DNA of 64,000 nt. Source: Eledone cirrhosa (taxonomy: Eukaryota). The notes beneath the pieces were generated by a model that did no database searches, was not told the origin of the DNA, and worked only from the letters and a program-made list of their open reading frames with translations. Position numbers and translations under genes: made by a program. The stretch lies in NCBI GenBank assembly GCA_964016885.1, contig OZ024765.1:13640001-13704000 (forward strand), read 5' to 3'. Below are positions 26,433 through 40,125 of the stretch, piece after piece; within the stretch, counting starts at the first letter, position 1, and each line of letters starts with the position of its first letter.

Positions 26433-27491
26433 GACACACACACCCTATATATACGATGTTGTCAAAGCTAATGCCAGTAGAGCTGGGCACTGGAAGGATT
26501 AAAACCCAAACTGTCCTCAGTGTTGGTAGGATTTGATCTGGAAATGTGGCAGAAAGTTGTAACGAAATATCGCAAAATATTTTACCCAGCGCTCTACCAA
26601 CCAAGCCAATCCCACACCTTGTTAGTAATAATAATATGTTGATAATCAATAATCAATATAGATGGAAGTGTGAATTTAACAGCTGTAATTTAATTACACT
26701 TGAGATGTAGTTAAAATAAGTAAATCAGGGAAACCAGCTGCCGTCTCCATTGACAGTAATTTGTGGGATGTGGGAAGTGGGATGTTTCTTGTGAAATCTG
26801 GGCAAATTGTAGATTGTAGAACATGTTTGTATGACTATAGCTGTGGTCACAATCATTCTCATCATCACCATTGTTGTTATTATCATCATCATCATCATTG
26901 TCATCACCACTTGTCATAACCACCACCAGGATTCTCTAACCACCACCACCACCAACAACAACAACACTACCACCACCACCATCACCACCACCACCACCAC
27001 CACCACCACCACCACCACCACCACCAACAACAACACTACTACCACCACCAACAACAACACCACCACCACCACCATCAACAACAACACCACCACCACCAAC
27101 AGGAGCACCACTGCCATTCTCTAAACATCATCATAATCACTATCACATTTACCCAAACCAACATTCCCCACCACGACCATTAGCACTAACCCCAAACCAC
27201 CACCACCACTACCACCATCCCCCCATCACCACTTCATCAAGCTGGTGTAATGTTCCTACCTGCTCTCATTTATGTAAACTTATTGATTTCATCTTTCCAC
27301 TTTATCCTCAGTATTTGTCAACCTGTCCCCCCCCCCACCCCCACCACCCACAAGAACCCTTGGTCTCCACTGTGTGTATATATATATATAAAGGAAATTG
27401 CCTTGTCCGATGAACGAATGAGGACGTTTTTCGTATTCGTCTTATTTGGGAAACCTCTGGTAATGAGGTAATTATATTGTTTATTATACAT

Positions 27492-27554
<63 letters not shown>

Positions 27555-27773
27555 AGCTGGTGATATGCATGTAAGTAAATATTCTCTTTATCTGATATTT
27601 TGTAACTAACCTTACATAGATCAATGACGAGGTATTATCATCAACTAGAAACGATCGTAAAGCAGTGAAGTATATCTCTAATGACTTGATTTTTTTATTT
27701 CATTGTCTTAACTTATATATATATATATACATATATATATTTCTTTTTTATTTCATTGTTTTAACTTATATAT

Positions 27774-28111
27774 CATCATCATCATTTCATTTTACGTCCG
27801 CTTTTTCCCTGCTTGCAAGGGTGGGACGGGAACTGATTCTGGCTTGATTTCTACAGCTTGATGCCCTTCCTAACACCAACCTCATTTACAGTGAGTGCTG
27901 GGTGCTTTTTTTCCGTGGCACCTACACGTCCAATTTACAGTGGAATGATAGGGACCCCAGTCTCTATCATCTCATTTCTACAGCTGAGTAAACTGGAGCA
28001 ATGTGAAATAAAGTGTCTTGCTCAAGGAAACAACACATCACCCGGTCTGAGAATTGAACTCACAACCTTTCGATTGCAAGGCCAATGCCCTAACCACTAA
28101 GCCATGTGCCT

Positions 28112-28113
<2 letters not shown>
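27774..28113 (-). mobile_element. SINE family A
   Basis: Reverse-complement match to 3124-3472. Confidence 0.85.
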
Positions 28114-28168
<55 letters not shown>

Positions 28169-28548
28169 TACATACATATATATATATAAAGGAAATGAAT
28201 ACAAAGAGTTTAAAACCGTTAAAAGATGTTTATATAATAGTGCGCCTACGTACGTTTCACCCTGAGCGGGCTTATCAAGGGCATGGAAAGCAAAATAATG
28301 ATCAATATAGGACCCAGGGTGAAACATATGTAGGCGCACTATTATATAAACATGTTTTAACGGTTTTAAACTCTTTCTATTCATTTCCTTTATAATCGCT
28401 CTGCTTATTTTTTCTCGCCCACTAAATATTGACGCCTCTAATATTTAACCCTGTTGGTACAAGTATTGAGCACACATGCATAAACTATTGGCAACTAAAT
28501 ATATGTATTGACCATCATTCCATTTTCTTCTCTCTCTCGATACCTAAT

Positions 28549-28584
<36 letters not shown>

Positions 28585-28730
28585 TTCTCTTTTTCATCCT
28601 TTCCACCCCCACCCCCCCTAAAAAAAAGTTTTTTTCCCAATATCACACATCAATCTAAAACTACTTTTCATATGTTGATTTAAAACTGCACTATCCACAA
28701 GTGTTTTTTAACCTTCATATCATGTCTTCC

Positions 28731-28801
28731 TATTTTATCTGATGAAAACACAAATATTATTGCATGATGATATTTGTTTTTGAAATGCGCATAATAAAAT
28801 A
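28731..28801 (+). ncRNA. Minimal hammerhead ribozyme, same family, in a solo pLTR fragment (about 28672-28925)
   Basis: TATTTTAT-CTGATGA-stem II-GAAA-TGCGCA-TA-ATAAAATA. The surrounding sequence matches 4985-5395. Confidence 0.82.
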
Positions 28802-28987
28802 CATGGAACTCTTTTAACCATCTTTTGATCTTATATATTATGTATACTCCAGTCCTAAAAACTAGAGTGCTTCTTATCCGATATCTGCATTGCTTTATTG
28901 TACTACAATAAAACTCACCTCCTAGATATATATATATATATAGTTTTGCGAGGATTTGATATGGAATCGTGTGTCGAAACAAATATT

Positions 28988-29510
28988 GTTATACTAGGAG
29001 AGGGCCATATTTGTGTAATATTGCCAGAATTAATAACAGAACACACTCACTGTTTGGTTGGTTTTCGCTTTTCGCTTCTGTGTCTTTTATATCGGTAATC
29101 TAATTTATTCGGTCCTCAATGTTGCCATTGACTGACCAACGGTAAAAAATACAGATACAATATAGACACAAACACATATATATAGTTTATCAAAGTTCTT
29201 TCGTTGCACATCTGAGACTAAATAAATATGGCGTAGAAAATACAATGCAACAGGAGGAAACAATAGCACCACTGACGATGTTGCAGATGTGCAACGAAAG
29301 AACTTTGATAAAATATATATATGTGTTTGTGTCTATATTGTATCTGTATTTTTGACCGTTGGTCAGTCAATGGCAACATTGAGGACCGAATAAATTAGAT
29401 TACCGATATAAAAGACACAGAAGCGAAAAGCGAAAACCAACCAAACAGTGAGTGTGTTCTGTTATTAATTCTGGCAATATTACACAAATATGGCCCTCCC
29501 CAAGTATAAC
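28988..29510. repeat. Fold-back inverted repeat, arms about 227 bp, with a hammerhead-like core at the junction
   Basis: 28988-29214 vs 29284-29510. CTGACGA-t-GTTGCA-gatg-TGCAAC-GAAA at 29272-29299. Confidence 0.93.
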
Positions 29511-29901
29511 TATATATATATATATATAGTTATACTTGGGGAGGGTCATATATATATATATATAATATTATAAAGCTGAATGTCGTGTGTATGTATGTAT
29601 CCTACACACCTCCCTATAGTTTGTTAGCTTTACTCTCTCCGTCGCTCTTCTCTCTCTCTATAATAGATCATTCCCCCTCTCTATAATTTAACTGCTTTAC
29701 TCTCTCTGTCGCTCATCACTCTCTAACATTATAAAGCTGAGCATCGTCTCTCTCTCTCTTTCACCCTCTCTATAATTTAACTACTTTACTCTCTGTCTCT
29801 CTTCACTCTCTATATGACAGCAGGTAATACATACACCTGACAAATATAATAATGTATGTATCCCACACACTTTTTTCTGTCGTCGCTCGCATAAGTAACA
29901 T

Positions 29902-29944
<43 letters not shown>

Positions 29945-29947
<3 letters not shown>

Positions 29948-30600
29948 GACATCATCATTACTGTGATACTGGTTCCCAGCCAAGTGTTTTTTCATGTTGA
30001 GGAACAGATGATAGTCAAATGGGGCCAAATCAGAATAGGGAGAGTGATCAACCAGCCACAGTCATGCTTAGTTGCCATTGAAACCAAGGACTTGTGTGTT
30101 AGAACATTGTCCTGATGAAACAAGTCCCCCTCCATCAGTTTTCCTGGTCCCTTGGTCTTGACAGTCTTTCATAACTGCCTCAGTGAGTTTGCATAGTACT
30201 CTCCATTGATGGTGTAGTCCTTTTGAAGATAGTAAATAAACACAATGCCTTTTGCATCCCCTCAAAACTGGGGCCATCACCTTCCCTGCAGATGAAATGG
30301 CCTTGACCTTCTTTGGAGCAGGTGAGGAAGGGTGTTTCCACTGCATGGATTGTCTCTTTGTCTCTGGTTCAAAGTGATGAGCCCAGCACTCATCCTGGGT
30401 TAGGAAACGTTGAAGGGAACCAGCTGAATCTGCTTCAAGCAATGTCAGGGTTTCCCATGATGTGATCAGCCTGGTGTACATTTGATCAGGTGTCAGAAGA
30501 CAGAGCACCCACTGAGCAGAAACCTTCATCATGCCAAGTTCACTGTGCAGAATATTCTCAATTCTCTCACAGAATATGCTAATAACATTGGCTATTTGAT
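29945..30600 (-). pseudogene. Degenerate mariner-family transposase fragment
   Basis: KVSAQWV..LLT.DQ...R, FLTQDECWAHHFEPETKRQSMQWKH..SPAPKK....SAGKVMA and DLAPFDYHLF.NMKKHLAG motifs. Frameshifted. Confidence 0.9.
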
Positions 30601-31025
30601 ATATAATGTGTGTATCATGACTCGTGCACTGTTCATTTTACTGATGTTTGTGCATTGCCCTATGTACTGTACATGCACTTTTTTGATGAGTTGTGGTGCA
30701 CCTGGGCACTGTACACAATATTTCATTATTGTTATTATTATTATATCATGACTCATACACTGTTCATTTTCCTGACATTTGTACATTATTCTATGTACTA
30801 TACATGCACCTTTGATGAGTTGTAGTGCACCTGAGCACTGTACACAATAATTTCATTATTATTATTATTATTATTATAATCAATCACCTATCATCCATGA
30901 TCAATGTTTTCATCAGTGGTGGTGGTTGCAGGATGTCCACACCTTGGGTCATCTTTAAGACTCTCCCTCCCTCTCCTAAATTTATATATCTATATATACA
31001 TACACATATATAGATATTTACATAC

Positions 31026-31063
<38 letters not shown>

Positions 31064-31069
31064 TTTTAC

Positions 31070-31155
31070 CTGGCCCCTATTTTCTTTGATGGCATAAGAT
31101 TCAGCAAAGAGGTGACCCTTTTTCTCTTTGTTCTTTTCAGGGGTCGTAAAATCAT
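31070..31155 (-). CDS. Exon: VWD1 end (DFTTPEKNKEKKGHLFAESYAIKENRGQ)
   Basis: 86 nt, phase 1/0. Joins to give DDFTTP...FA.SY, the usual VWD ending. Confidence 0.9.
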
Positions 31156-31942
31156 CTGTGGAATAAAGATGAAATATAGTCTGAGAAATTAGCAAATAAA
31201 CCATCATCGTCATCATCATTATCATCATCATCAACACCATATTTATCACCTCACATAATTATCTCACATAATATCAAATCTACAAGATTTTGATAATATT
31301 TATTTTGAGAACAATACCTTAACATTAATATGAGTGGCCGGTTACAGTTGGTTTGAACAGAAAGAGGTGAGAGAATTCTGGCCACATATGGCTCGTTTAA
31401 ATGCAAAACAGTTAACAGGAATCTGGTAGAGATTGTTTAGGTTATTACCGCTATAGAAGAAACACAGTGGGGTAAAACCTTTACTGTGAAAATACAATAG
31501 TATATATAGAGTAATGTAAATGTTATGTGAGATATTATGTGAGGTAAAGCCTTTACTGTGAAAATACAATAGTATATATAGAGTAATGTAAATGTTATGT
31601 GAGATATTATGTGAGGTAAAGCCTTTACCACAAAAATACAATAGTATATATAGAGTAATGTAAATATTATGTGAGATATTATGTGAGGTAAAGCCTTTAC
31701 CACAAAAATACAATAGTATATATAGAGTAATGTAAATGTTATGTGAGATATTATGTGAGGTAAAACCTTTACTGTGAAAATACAATAGTATATATATAGA
31801 GTAATGTAAATGCTAAAGGGTTAAAGTGAAATACTTTAGTTTAGATAAAATTAATTTCAATATTACCACTGTAGAAGGGACATGGTGTGACAGGGTGATA
31901 GTGAAGCACTTCAGTTTAGATAATATTAATTTCAATAGTTAC

Positions 31943-32110
31943 CCCTTTGGTTCTCATTATAATTTCCACACAATCCCTGGATAGAATTGTTTCCTTTCAG
32001 GGTTGTTCCGAGAGTAACTTCAATGAATGTGTGGTTCCCCATCAAAATTCTTAGAGCTGGAGCACTGCTTTCGATAGCTACATAGTCATATCTCTTGATC
32101 ACCATTAAAT
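31943..32110 (-). CDS. Exon: VWD1 (LMVIKRYDYVAIE...SIQGLCGNYNENQR)
   Basis: 168 nt, phase 1/1, GLCGNY motif. Confidence 0.93.
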
Positions 32111-32317
32111 CTGCAAAAATAGTCAAATATTTTAGTTAATAAATGGGGATGAGAGGGGGAGGGGGTCTTTGTTTAATAAAAGGGGAGGATAATATTCTGG
32201 AGTAATATAGCAGTAGTTGTGGTCCTCTATAAGAAAAGAATTGAAAAACATCCTGCCAGATCATGTGATCCACATGACAGGTGCAATGTATCCGAACACG
32301 GAAGAGCCGGATTCCCA

Positions 32318-32570
32318 CTGTCATAGCCTCCATCTATCTGTATACTGAGAAAATGGGGTCCCACGTGTTGGCCGCCCCACAGCCCCTGCGGACAGAATAG
32401 AGAAGGCGTTTCCCCGGAGGATGGTAAGGGAGATGCGCTGGAAGAGCCATTCCATCTCGCGAGGCTCACACCTGCGGCTGGCCAGCTCCTCACCTATGGT
32501 GGTGAGTAGGGAGGTAGCCCTAGGGCCAAGGACACCAGAAGTCTCCATTGCCAGGAATAGGCCACTCAGC
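32318..32570 (-). mobile_element. 3' fragment of an RLE-type (CRE/HERO-like) non-LTR retrotransposon
   Basis: AMETSGVLGPRATSLLTTIGEEL...EWLFQRISLTILRGNAFSIL matches the C-terminal restriction-like endonuclease motif ET.G..G...QR.S..I.RGNA. Confidence 0.78.
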
Positions 32571-35500
32571 GCCTATGGTGGTGAGTAGGGAGGTAGCCCT
32601 AGGGCCAAGGACACCAGAAGTCTCCATTGCCAGGAATAGCCCACTCAGTGCCTATGGTGGTGAGTAGGGAGGTAGCCCTAGGGCCAAGGACACCAAAAGT
32701 CTCCATTGCTAGGAATAGCCCACTCAGTGCCTATGGTGGTGAGTAGGGAGGTAGCCCTAGGGCCAAGGACACCAGAAGTCTCCATTGCTAGGAATAGCCC
32801 ACTCAGCGCCTATGGTGGTGAGTAGGGAGGTAGCCCTAGGGCCAAGGACACCAGAAGTCTCCATTGCTAGGAATAGCCCACTCAGTGCCTATGGTGGTGA
32901 GTAGGGAGGTAGCCCTAGGGCCAAGGACACCAAAAGTCTCCATTGCTAGGAATAGGCCACTCAGCGCCTATGGTGGTGAGTAGGGAGGTAGCCCTAGGGC
33001 CAAGGACACCAGAAGTCTCTACTGCTAGGCGTAGCCATCTCAGCGCCTATGGTGGTGAGTAGGGAGGTAGCTCTAGGGCCAAGGACACCAAAAGTCTCCA
33101 TTGCTAGGAATAGCCCACTCAGTGCCTATGGTGGTGAGTAGGGAGGTAGCCCTAGGGCCAAGGACACCAAAAGTCTCCATTGCTAGGAATAGGCCACTCA
33201 GCGCCTATGATGGTGAGTAGGGAGGTAGCCCTAGGGCCAAGGACACCAAAAGTCTCCATTGCTAGGAATAGCCCACTCAGTGCCTATGGTGGTGAGTAGG
33301 GAGGTAGCCCTAGGGCCAAGGACACCAAAAGTCTCCATTGCTAGGAATAGGCCACTCAGCGCCTATGATGGTGAGTAGGGAGGTAGCCCTAGGGCCAAGG
33401 ACACCAAAAGTCTCCATTGCTAGGAATAGCCCACTCAGTGCCTATGGTGGTGAGTAGGGAGGTAGCCCTAGGGCCAAGGACACCAAAAGTCTCCATTGCT
33501 AGGAATAGCCCACTCAGTGCCTATGGTGGTGAGTAGGGAGGTAGCCCTAGGGCCAAGGACACCAGAAGTCTCCATTGCTAGGAATAGCCCACTCAGCGCC
33601 TATGGTGGTGAGTAGGGAGGTAGCCCCAGGGCCAAGGACACCAGAAGTCTCCATTGCTAGGAATAGCCCACTCAGTGCCTATGGTGGTGAGTAGGGAGGT
33701 AGCCCTAGGGCCAAGGACACCAGAAGTCTCCATTGCTAGGAATAGCCCACTCAGTGCCTATGGTGGTGAGTAGGGAGGTAGCCCTAGGGCCAAGGACACC
33801 AAAAGTCTCCATTGCTAGGAATAGGCCACTCAGCGCCTATGGTGGTGAGTAGGGAGGTAGCTCTAGGGCCAAGGACACCAAAAGTCTCCATTGCTAGGAA
33901 TAGCCCACTCAGTGCCTATGGTGGTGAGTAGGGAGGTAGCCCTAGGGCCAAGGACACCAAAAGTCTCCATTGCTAGGAATAGGCCACTCAGCGCCTATGA
34001 TGGTGAGTAGGGAGGTAACCCTAGGGCCAAGGACACCAAAAGTCTCCATTGCTAGGAATAGCCCACTCAGTGCCTATGGTGGTGAGTAGGGAGGTAGCCC
34101 TAGGGCCAAGGACACCAAAAGTCTCCATTGCTAGGAATAGGCCACTCAGCGCCTATGATGGTGAGTAGGGAGGTAGCCCTAGGGCCAAGGACACCAAAAG
34201 TCTCCATTGCTAGGAATAGCCCACTCAGTGCCTATGGTGGTGAGTAGGGAGGTAGCCCTAGGGCCAAGGACACCAAAAGTCTCCATTGCTAGGAATAGGC
34301 CACTCAGCGCCTATGATGGTGAGTAGGGAGGTAGCCCTAGGTCCAAGGACACCAAAAGTCTCCATTGCTAGGAATAGGCCACTCAGCGCCTATGATGGTG
34401 AGTAGGGAGGTAGCCCTAGGGCCAAGGACACCAAAAGTCTCCATTGCTAGGAATAGCCCACTCAGTGCCTATGGTGGTGAGTAGGGAGGTAGCCCTAGGG
34501 CCAAGGACACCAAAAGTCTCCATTGCTAGGAATAGCCCACTCAGTGCCTATGGTGGTGAGTAGGGAGGTAGCCCTAGGGCCAAGGACACCAGAAGTCTCC
34601 ATTGCTAGGAATAGCCCACTCAGCGCCTATGGTGGTGAGTAGGGAGGTAGCCCTAGGGCCAAGGACACCAGAAGTCTCCATTGCTAGGAATAGCCCACTC
34701 AGTGCCTATGGTGGTGAGTAGGGAGGTAGCCCTAGGGCCAAGGACACCAGAAGTCTCCATTGCTAGGAATAGCCCACTCAGTGCCTATGGTGGTGAGTAG
34801 GGAGGTAGCCCTAGGGCCAAGGACACCAAAAGTCTCCATTGCTAGGAATAGGCCACTCAGCGCCTATGATGGTGAGTAGGGAGGTAGCCCTAGGGCCAAG
34901 GACACCAAAAGTCTCCATTGCTAGGAATAGCCCACTCAGTGCCTATGGTGGTGAGTAGGGAGGTAGCCCTAGGGCCAAGGACACCAAAAGTCTCCATTGC
35001 TAGGAATAGCCCACTCAGTGCCTATGGTGGTGAGTAGGGAGGTAGCCCTAGGGCCAAGGACACCAGAAGTCTCCATTGCTAGGAATAGCCCACTCAGCGC
35101 CTATGGTGGTGAGTAGGGAGGTAGCCCTAGGGCCAAGGACACCAGAAGTCTCCATTGCTAGGAATAGCCCACTCAGTGCCTATGGTGGTGAGTAGGGAGG
35201 TAGCCCTAGGGCCAAGGACACCAGAAGTCTCCATTGCTAGGAATAGCCCACTCAGTGCCTATGGTGGTGAGTAGGGAGGTAGCCCTAGGGCCAAGGACAC
35301 CAAAAGTCTCCATTGCTAGGAATAGGCCACTCAGCGCCTATGGTGGTGAGTAGGGAGGTAGCTCTAGGGCCAAGGACACCAAAAGTCTCCATTGCTAGGA
35401 ATAGCCCACTCAGTGCCTATGGTGGTGAAGAGGGAGGTAGCCCTAGGGCCAAGGACACCAAAAGTCTCCATTGCTAGGAATAGGCCACTCAGCGCCTATG

Positions 35501-35787
35501 ATGGTGAGTAGGGAGGTAGCCCTAGGGCCAAGGACACCAAAAGTCTCCATTGCTAGGAATAGCCCACTCAGTGCCTATGGTGGTGAGTAGGGAGGTAGCC
35601 CTAGGGCCAAGGACACCAGAAGTCTCCATTGCTAGGAATAGGCCACTCAGCGCCTATGGTGGTGAGTAGGGAGGTAGCCCTAGGGCCAAGGACACCAGAA
35701 GTCTCCATTGCTAGGAATAACCCACTCAGTGCCTATGGTGGTGAGTAGGGAGGTAGCTCTAGGGCCAAGGACACTAGAAGTCTCCAA
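32493..35787. repeat. 79-bp tandem array, about 42 copies
   Basis: Unit CCTATGGTGGTGAGTAGGGAGGTAGCCCTAGGGCCAAGGACACC...CACTCAGTG. Confidence 0.97.
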
Positions 35788-36364
35788 TAACTGATAATTA
35801 AGGTAGCGAATTGGCAGAGTCATTGGCAAAAGTACCAGTCTAGTACTGGGGTTGATTCTTCCTCTGTATCTCTTTCTCACTTCCTATCTCTCCTTTTCTG
35901 GAAGAAATCAGCTGTCTTCAAACCAAGAGAGTGATTAACACCACCATGCATAAAAGGGCCCAAGATTTGCCCTATGTCACTATGGAGCCCCTACGACTCA
36001 ATCGGTTATGATTCCATACATACAGAGAGATGGACTCCACCAGGAGTTACAGGTTCACATCTACAAAAAAGTACCAGTCATATACTGAGGTCGATTCTTC
36101 CTCTATATCTTTTTCGCACTTCCTTTCTCTTACTCGCTATCCTTTGGCAGAGTCATTAGGAAAAGTACCAGTCATAAACTGGGGTCGATTCTTCCTCGAT
36201 ATCTTTTTCGCACTTCCTTTCTCTTACTCGATATCTTTCTCTGGAAGAAATCTGTTGTAGTCAGGCCTGGAGAGGGGATGGGCTCCACCACATTTTAAAT
36301 GCCCAAGACATATTATATGTTACAGTAGCACCTCTACATCTCCTTCAGAATTTATGGGTCCATG

Positions 36365-36751
36365 AAGGTACATGGCTTAGTGGTTAGAGCATTGGGCTTG
36401 CAATCGAAAGGTTGTGAGTTCAATTCTCGGACTGGGTGATGTGTTGTTTCCTTGAGCAAGGCACTTTATTTCACGTTGCTCCAGTTTACTCAGCTGTAGA
36501 ACTGAGTTGCCATCCTGCCAATTCAATGGGTGGCAGTAGTTCCAGCTGCACACATAGAAAGACTGGGGTCCCTATCATTCCACTGCAAAGTGGTCGTGGA
36601 GGTGCCACGGCAAAAAAGCATGCAGCACTCACTGTAAATGAGGTTGGTGTTAGGAAGGGCATCCAGCTGTAGAAATCAAGCCAGAATCAGTTCCCGTCCC
36701 ACCCTTGCAAGCAGGGAAAAGTGGACGTAAAATGATGATGATGATGATGAT
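36365..36751 (+). mobile_element. SINE family A variant
   Basis: Same head and tail, with an internal insert of about 50 bp also seen at 48465-48510. Confidence 0.82.
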
Positions 36752-36934
36752 ACATACAAATAAAGATCGTGAATTGGCAGAGCTGTTAGAATGTAGTTGG
36801 AATGCTTTGTGGTATTCATTTTAGCTCTCTGCTAAGGTTAACTTTACCTTTTATCCTTTCAAGGTTGATAAATAAAAGTACCGGTCTAGTACTGCGCTTG
36901 ATTCTTCCTCTGTATCTCTTTCTCTCCTTCTTCC

Positions 36935-39060
36935 CCTTACAGAGTGTACTGGCGGCATGTTATTGCAGCACCATCACTACACTTTACAGAGTGTACTGGG
37001 TGTATTATATTGTAGCTCCAGCGCTACCATTTTACAGAGTGTACTGGGTGTATTTTATCATGACACCATCACTACCACTTTACAGAGTATACTGGGTGTA
37101 TTTTATCATGACACCATCACTACACTTTACAGAGTGTACTGGGTGTATTTTATCATGACACCAACACTACCACTTTACAGAGTGTACTGGGTGTATTTTA
37201 TCATGACACCATCACTACCACTTTACAGAGTATACAGGGTGTGTTTTATCATGACACCATCACTACACTTTACAGAGTGTACTGGGTGTATTATAATGTA
37301 GCTCCAGCACTACCACTTTACAGAGTGTACTAGGTGTATCTTATCATGACACCATCACTACACTTTACAGAGTGTACTAGGTGTATTTTATCATGACACC
37401 AACACTACCACTTTACAGAGTATACTGTGTGTGTTTTATCATGACACCATCACTACACTTTACAGAGTGTACTGGGTGTATTTTATCATGACACCAACAC
37501 TACCACTTTACAGAGTATACTGGGTGTGTTTTATCATGACACCATCACTACACTTTACAGAGTGTACTGGGTGTATTATAATGTAGCTCCAGCACTACCA
37601 CTTTACAGAGTGTACTAGGTGTATCTTATCATGACACCATCACTACACTTTACAGAGTGTACTAGGTGTATTTTATCATGACACCAACACTACCACTTTA
37701 CAGAGTGTACTGGGTGTGTTTTATCATGACACCATCACTACACTTTACAGAGTGTACTGGGTGTATTATATTATGATACCAACACTACCACTTTACAGGG
37801 TGTACTAGATGTATTGTATCATACCACTTTACAGAGTGTACTGGGTGTATTTGATTGTGGCACCAGCACTACCATTTTACAGAGTGTACTGGGTGTATTT
37901 TATCATGACATCAACACTACCACTTTACAGAGTGTACTGGGTGTATTGTATCATGGCACCAACACTACCACTTTACAGAGTGTACTGGGTGCATTTGATT
38001 GTGGCACCACCACTACCATTTTCCAGAGTGTACTGGGTGCATGTATTTTATAGAAGATAAGACCACTTACTTCCCTTTATGATCCCTGCATGTAGGTCTA
38101 CAGGGTATTTGTTTATCTCAACATTATGTCCTTCAGCATAAACGACGTCCTCACCGAGTGTGATTTTTAAGGACTAAAATATATAAATATATATATATGA
38201 CATTACACAAATTTAAATAATTTTGAAAACCCTACAATGCACTAGAAAATTAAAATTGCCAAGATAACAACAGAATCTTACTTTAGCAAATTTAATAATC
38301 ACAAATATTTTCGGGTTTAAAAACCCCTTATCAAGGGAGTATCCCTGTGAGAGGCTTAAAGGATTGAGTCTTTAAATCTCCTCACTAGTGTGATTTTTAA
38401 AGACTAAAATATATAAATATATATACAAGATATTAGAAATTATCTGGTAATATAGTCATGAATATTCCAGTTTTCTTTCATATTGTTATCATTTTACAGA
38501 GTGTACTGGGTGCATTTTTTTTTTTTTTTTTTTGCACCAGCACTAGCACTTGAAAGAGTGTTCTGGGTGTATTTTTTCATGGCACCACCACTACTACATT
38601 ACAGAGTGTACTGGGTGTATTTTATTATGGCACCAGCCCTACCACTTTACAAAGTGTACTGGGTGTATTTTATCATGACACCAGCCCTACCTCTTTTCAG
38701 AGTGGACTGGGTGTATTTTCTCATGGCACCAGCCCTATCTCTTTACAGAGTGGACTGGGTGTATTTATCATGACACCAGCTCTACCACTTTACAGAGTGT
38801 CCTGGGTGTATTTTTTCATGGCACCAGGACCACTACTTTACAGAGTGTACTGGGTGTATTTTATCATGGCACCAGCACTACCACTTTACAGAGTGTACTG
38901 GGTGTATTATATTTTGGCACCATGACTCCTACTTTACAGAGTGTACTGGGTGTATTTTATCATGACACCAACACTACCACTTTACAGAGTGCACTGGGTG
39001 CATTTTATCTTGACACCAAAACCACCTCTTTACAGAGTGTACTGGGTGCATTGTGTTTTG
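36935..39060. repeat. 44-48-bp minisatellite in two blocks (36935-38048 and 38490-39060)
   Basis: Unit CACTTTACAGAGTGTACTGGGTGTATTTTATCATGACACC..., resembling the SINE/RTE internal repeat. Confidence 0.92.
38071..38173 (-). CDS. Exon: VWD1 middle (SLKITLGEDVVYAEGHNVEINKYPVDLHAGIIKG)
   Basis: 103 nt, phase 0/1, attttag / GTAAGT. Bridges the phases of the flanking exons exactly. Not in the ORF track. Confidence 0.87.
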
Positions 39061-39169
39061 GCATCTCATAGTGGCACCATATTTTGGGGGTTCGGTACTG
39101 GATGGCACGGATACGAGAAGGGACAGGCCAGTTGGCCACATTGAATCCATCTCTCAACATTACCAGAGT

Positions 39170-39232
<63 letters not shown>

Positions 39233-39676
39233 GACAGTGTATGGGTGTAGGTGTGTTGAAAAAGTGTTAATAGCAGTAATGAGTTGAGACTATTAACACT
39301 TTTTCAACACACCTACACCCATACACTTATTAAAAGGGGGAGAAAAAACCCCACCACACCACAGACATGTTAAATCCCTATATATAGAACAACACACCAC
39401 ATACACATCAGTTTGACAAGCGCACCTCAGCGTGAAAGGTCGTTCTAAAAACGAAACAATACCTCCTACGTTAACCAAGAACTCCTAAGACCTAACTTAA
39501 TTTATAAAATAATTTTTTTTAAGGAAAAAAATTTTTTTTCTAATCCAGAAAAAAATTCTTTTTGGATTTTGTGAAGAAAATAAATTTGTTGAAAGCACAA
39601 GTAAAGCCATTTTTTCTTCCCCCCTGTCTTAATATACCCAACTGTACCAAGGATTACACACATTTTCCAATATATA

Positions 39677-40125
39677 TCATCATCATCATCATTTTACGTC
39701 CGCTTTTCCCTGCTTGCAAGGATGGGACGGGTCCTATTCAGCACAGCATCTCTCCACTTGTCATGGTCCTTCGTCATCTCCACTGTGAGCTTCAGCGATC
39801 TGAGGTCAGCTCTCACCACCTCCGCCCATGTTTTTCGTGGTCTACCTCTACCACGTCTTCCTTCAACTGGCATTTCCTGACACTTCTTCACCCATTGGTC
39901 ATCCTCCATGCGCATCACATGTCCATACCATCTCAGTCTCCTCTCTCTCACACACTACAACTTATCCCTCTCAGACACATCCATGCTAGGTCGTTCACGC
40001 ACATTGACATTGCACATCCAACGGAGCATGTTTGCCTCCTTTCTCTCCAGCCGTCGTATATCCTCTGCAGTTGCTGCCCATCTCTCACTACTATGCAGCA
40101 TCAAGTTCCTCACACAGGCATCACA
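39677..40125 (-). mobile_element. RTE-type LINE 3' fragment
   Basis: DACVRNLMLHSSERW...MLRWMC and RERRLRWYGHVMRM...GRPRKTW. Confidence 0.85.

Noticed and set aside
26831-27124. Thr-rich ORF resembling a mucin PTS domain
   Set aside because: It is an (ACC/AAC)n microsatellite on the strand opposite the gene.
32493-35787. CRISPR-like regular repeats (also 22008-23191 and 53336-53925)
   Set aside because: Units are head-to-tail with no unique spacers, there are no cas genes, and the context is eukaryotic.
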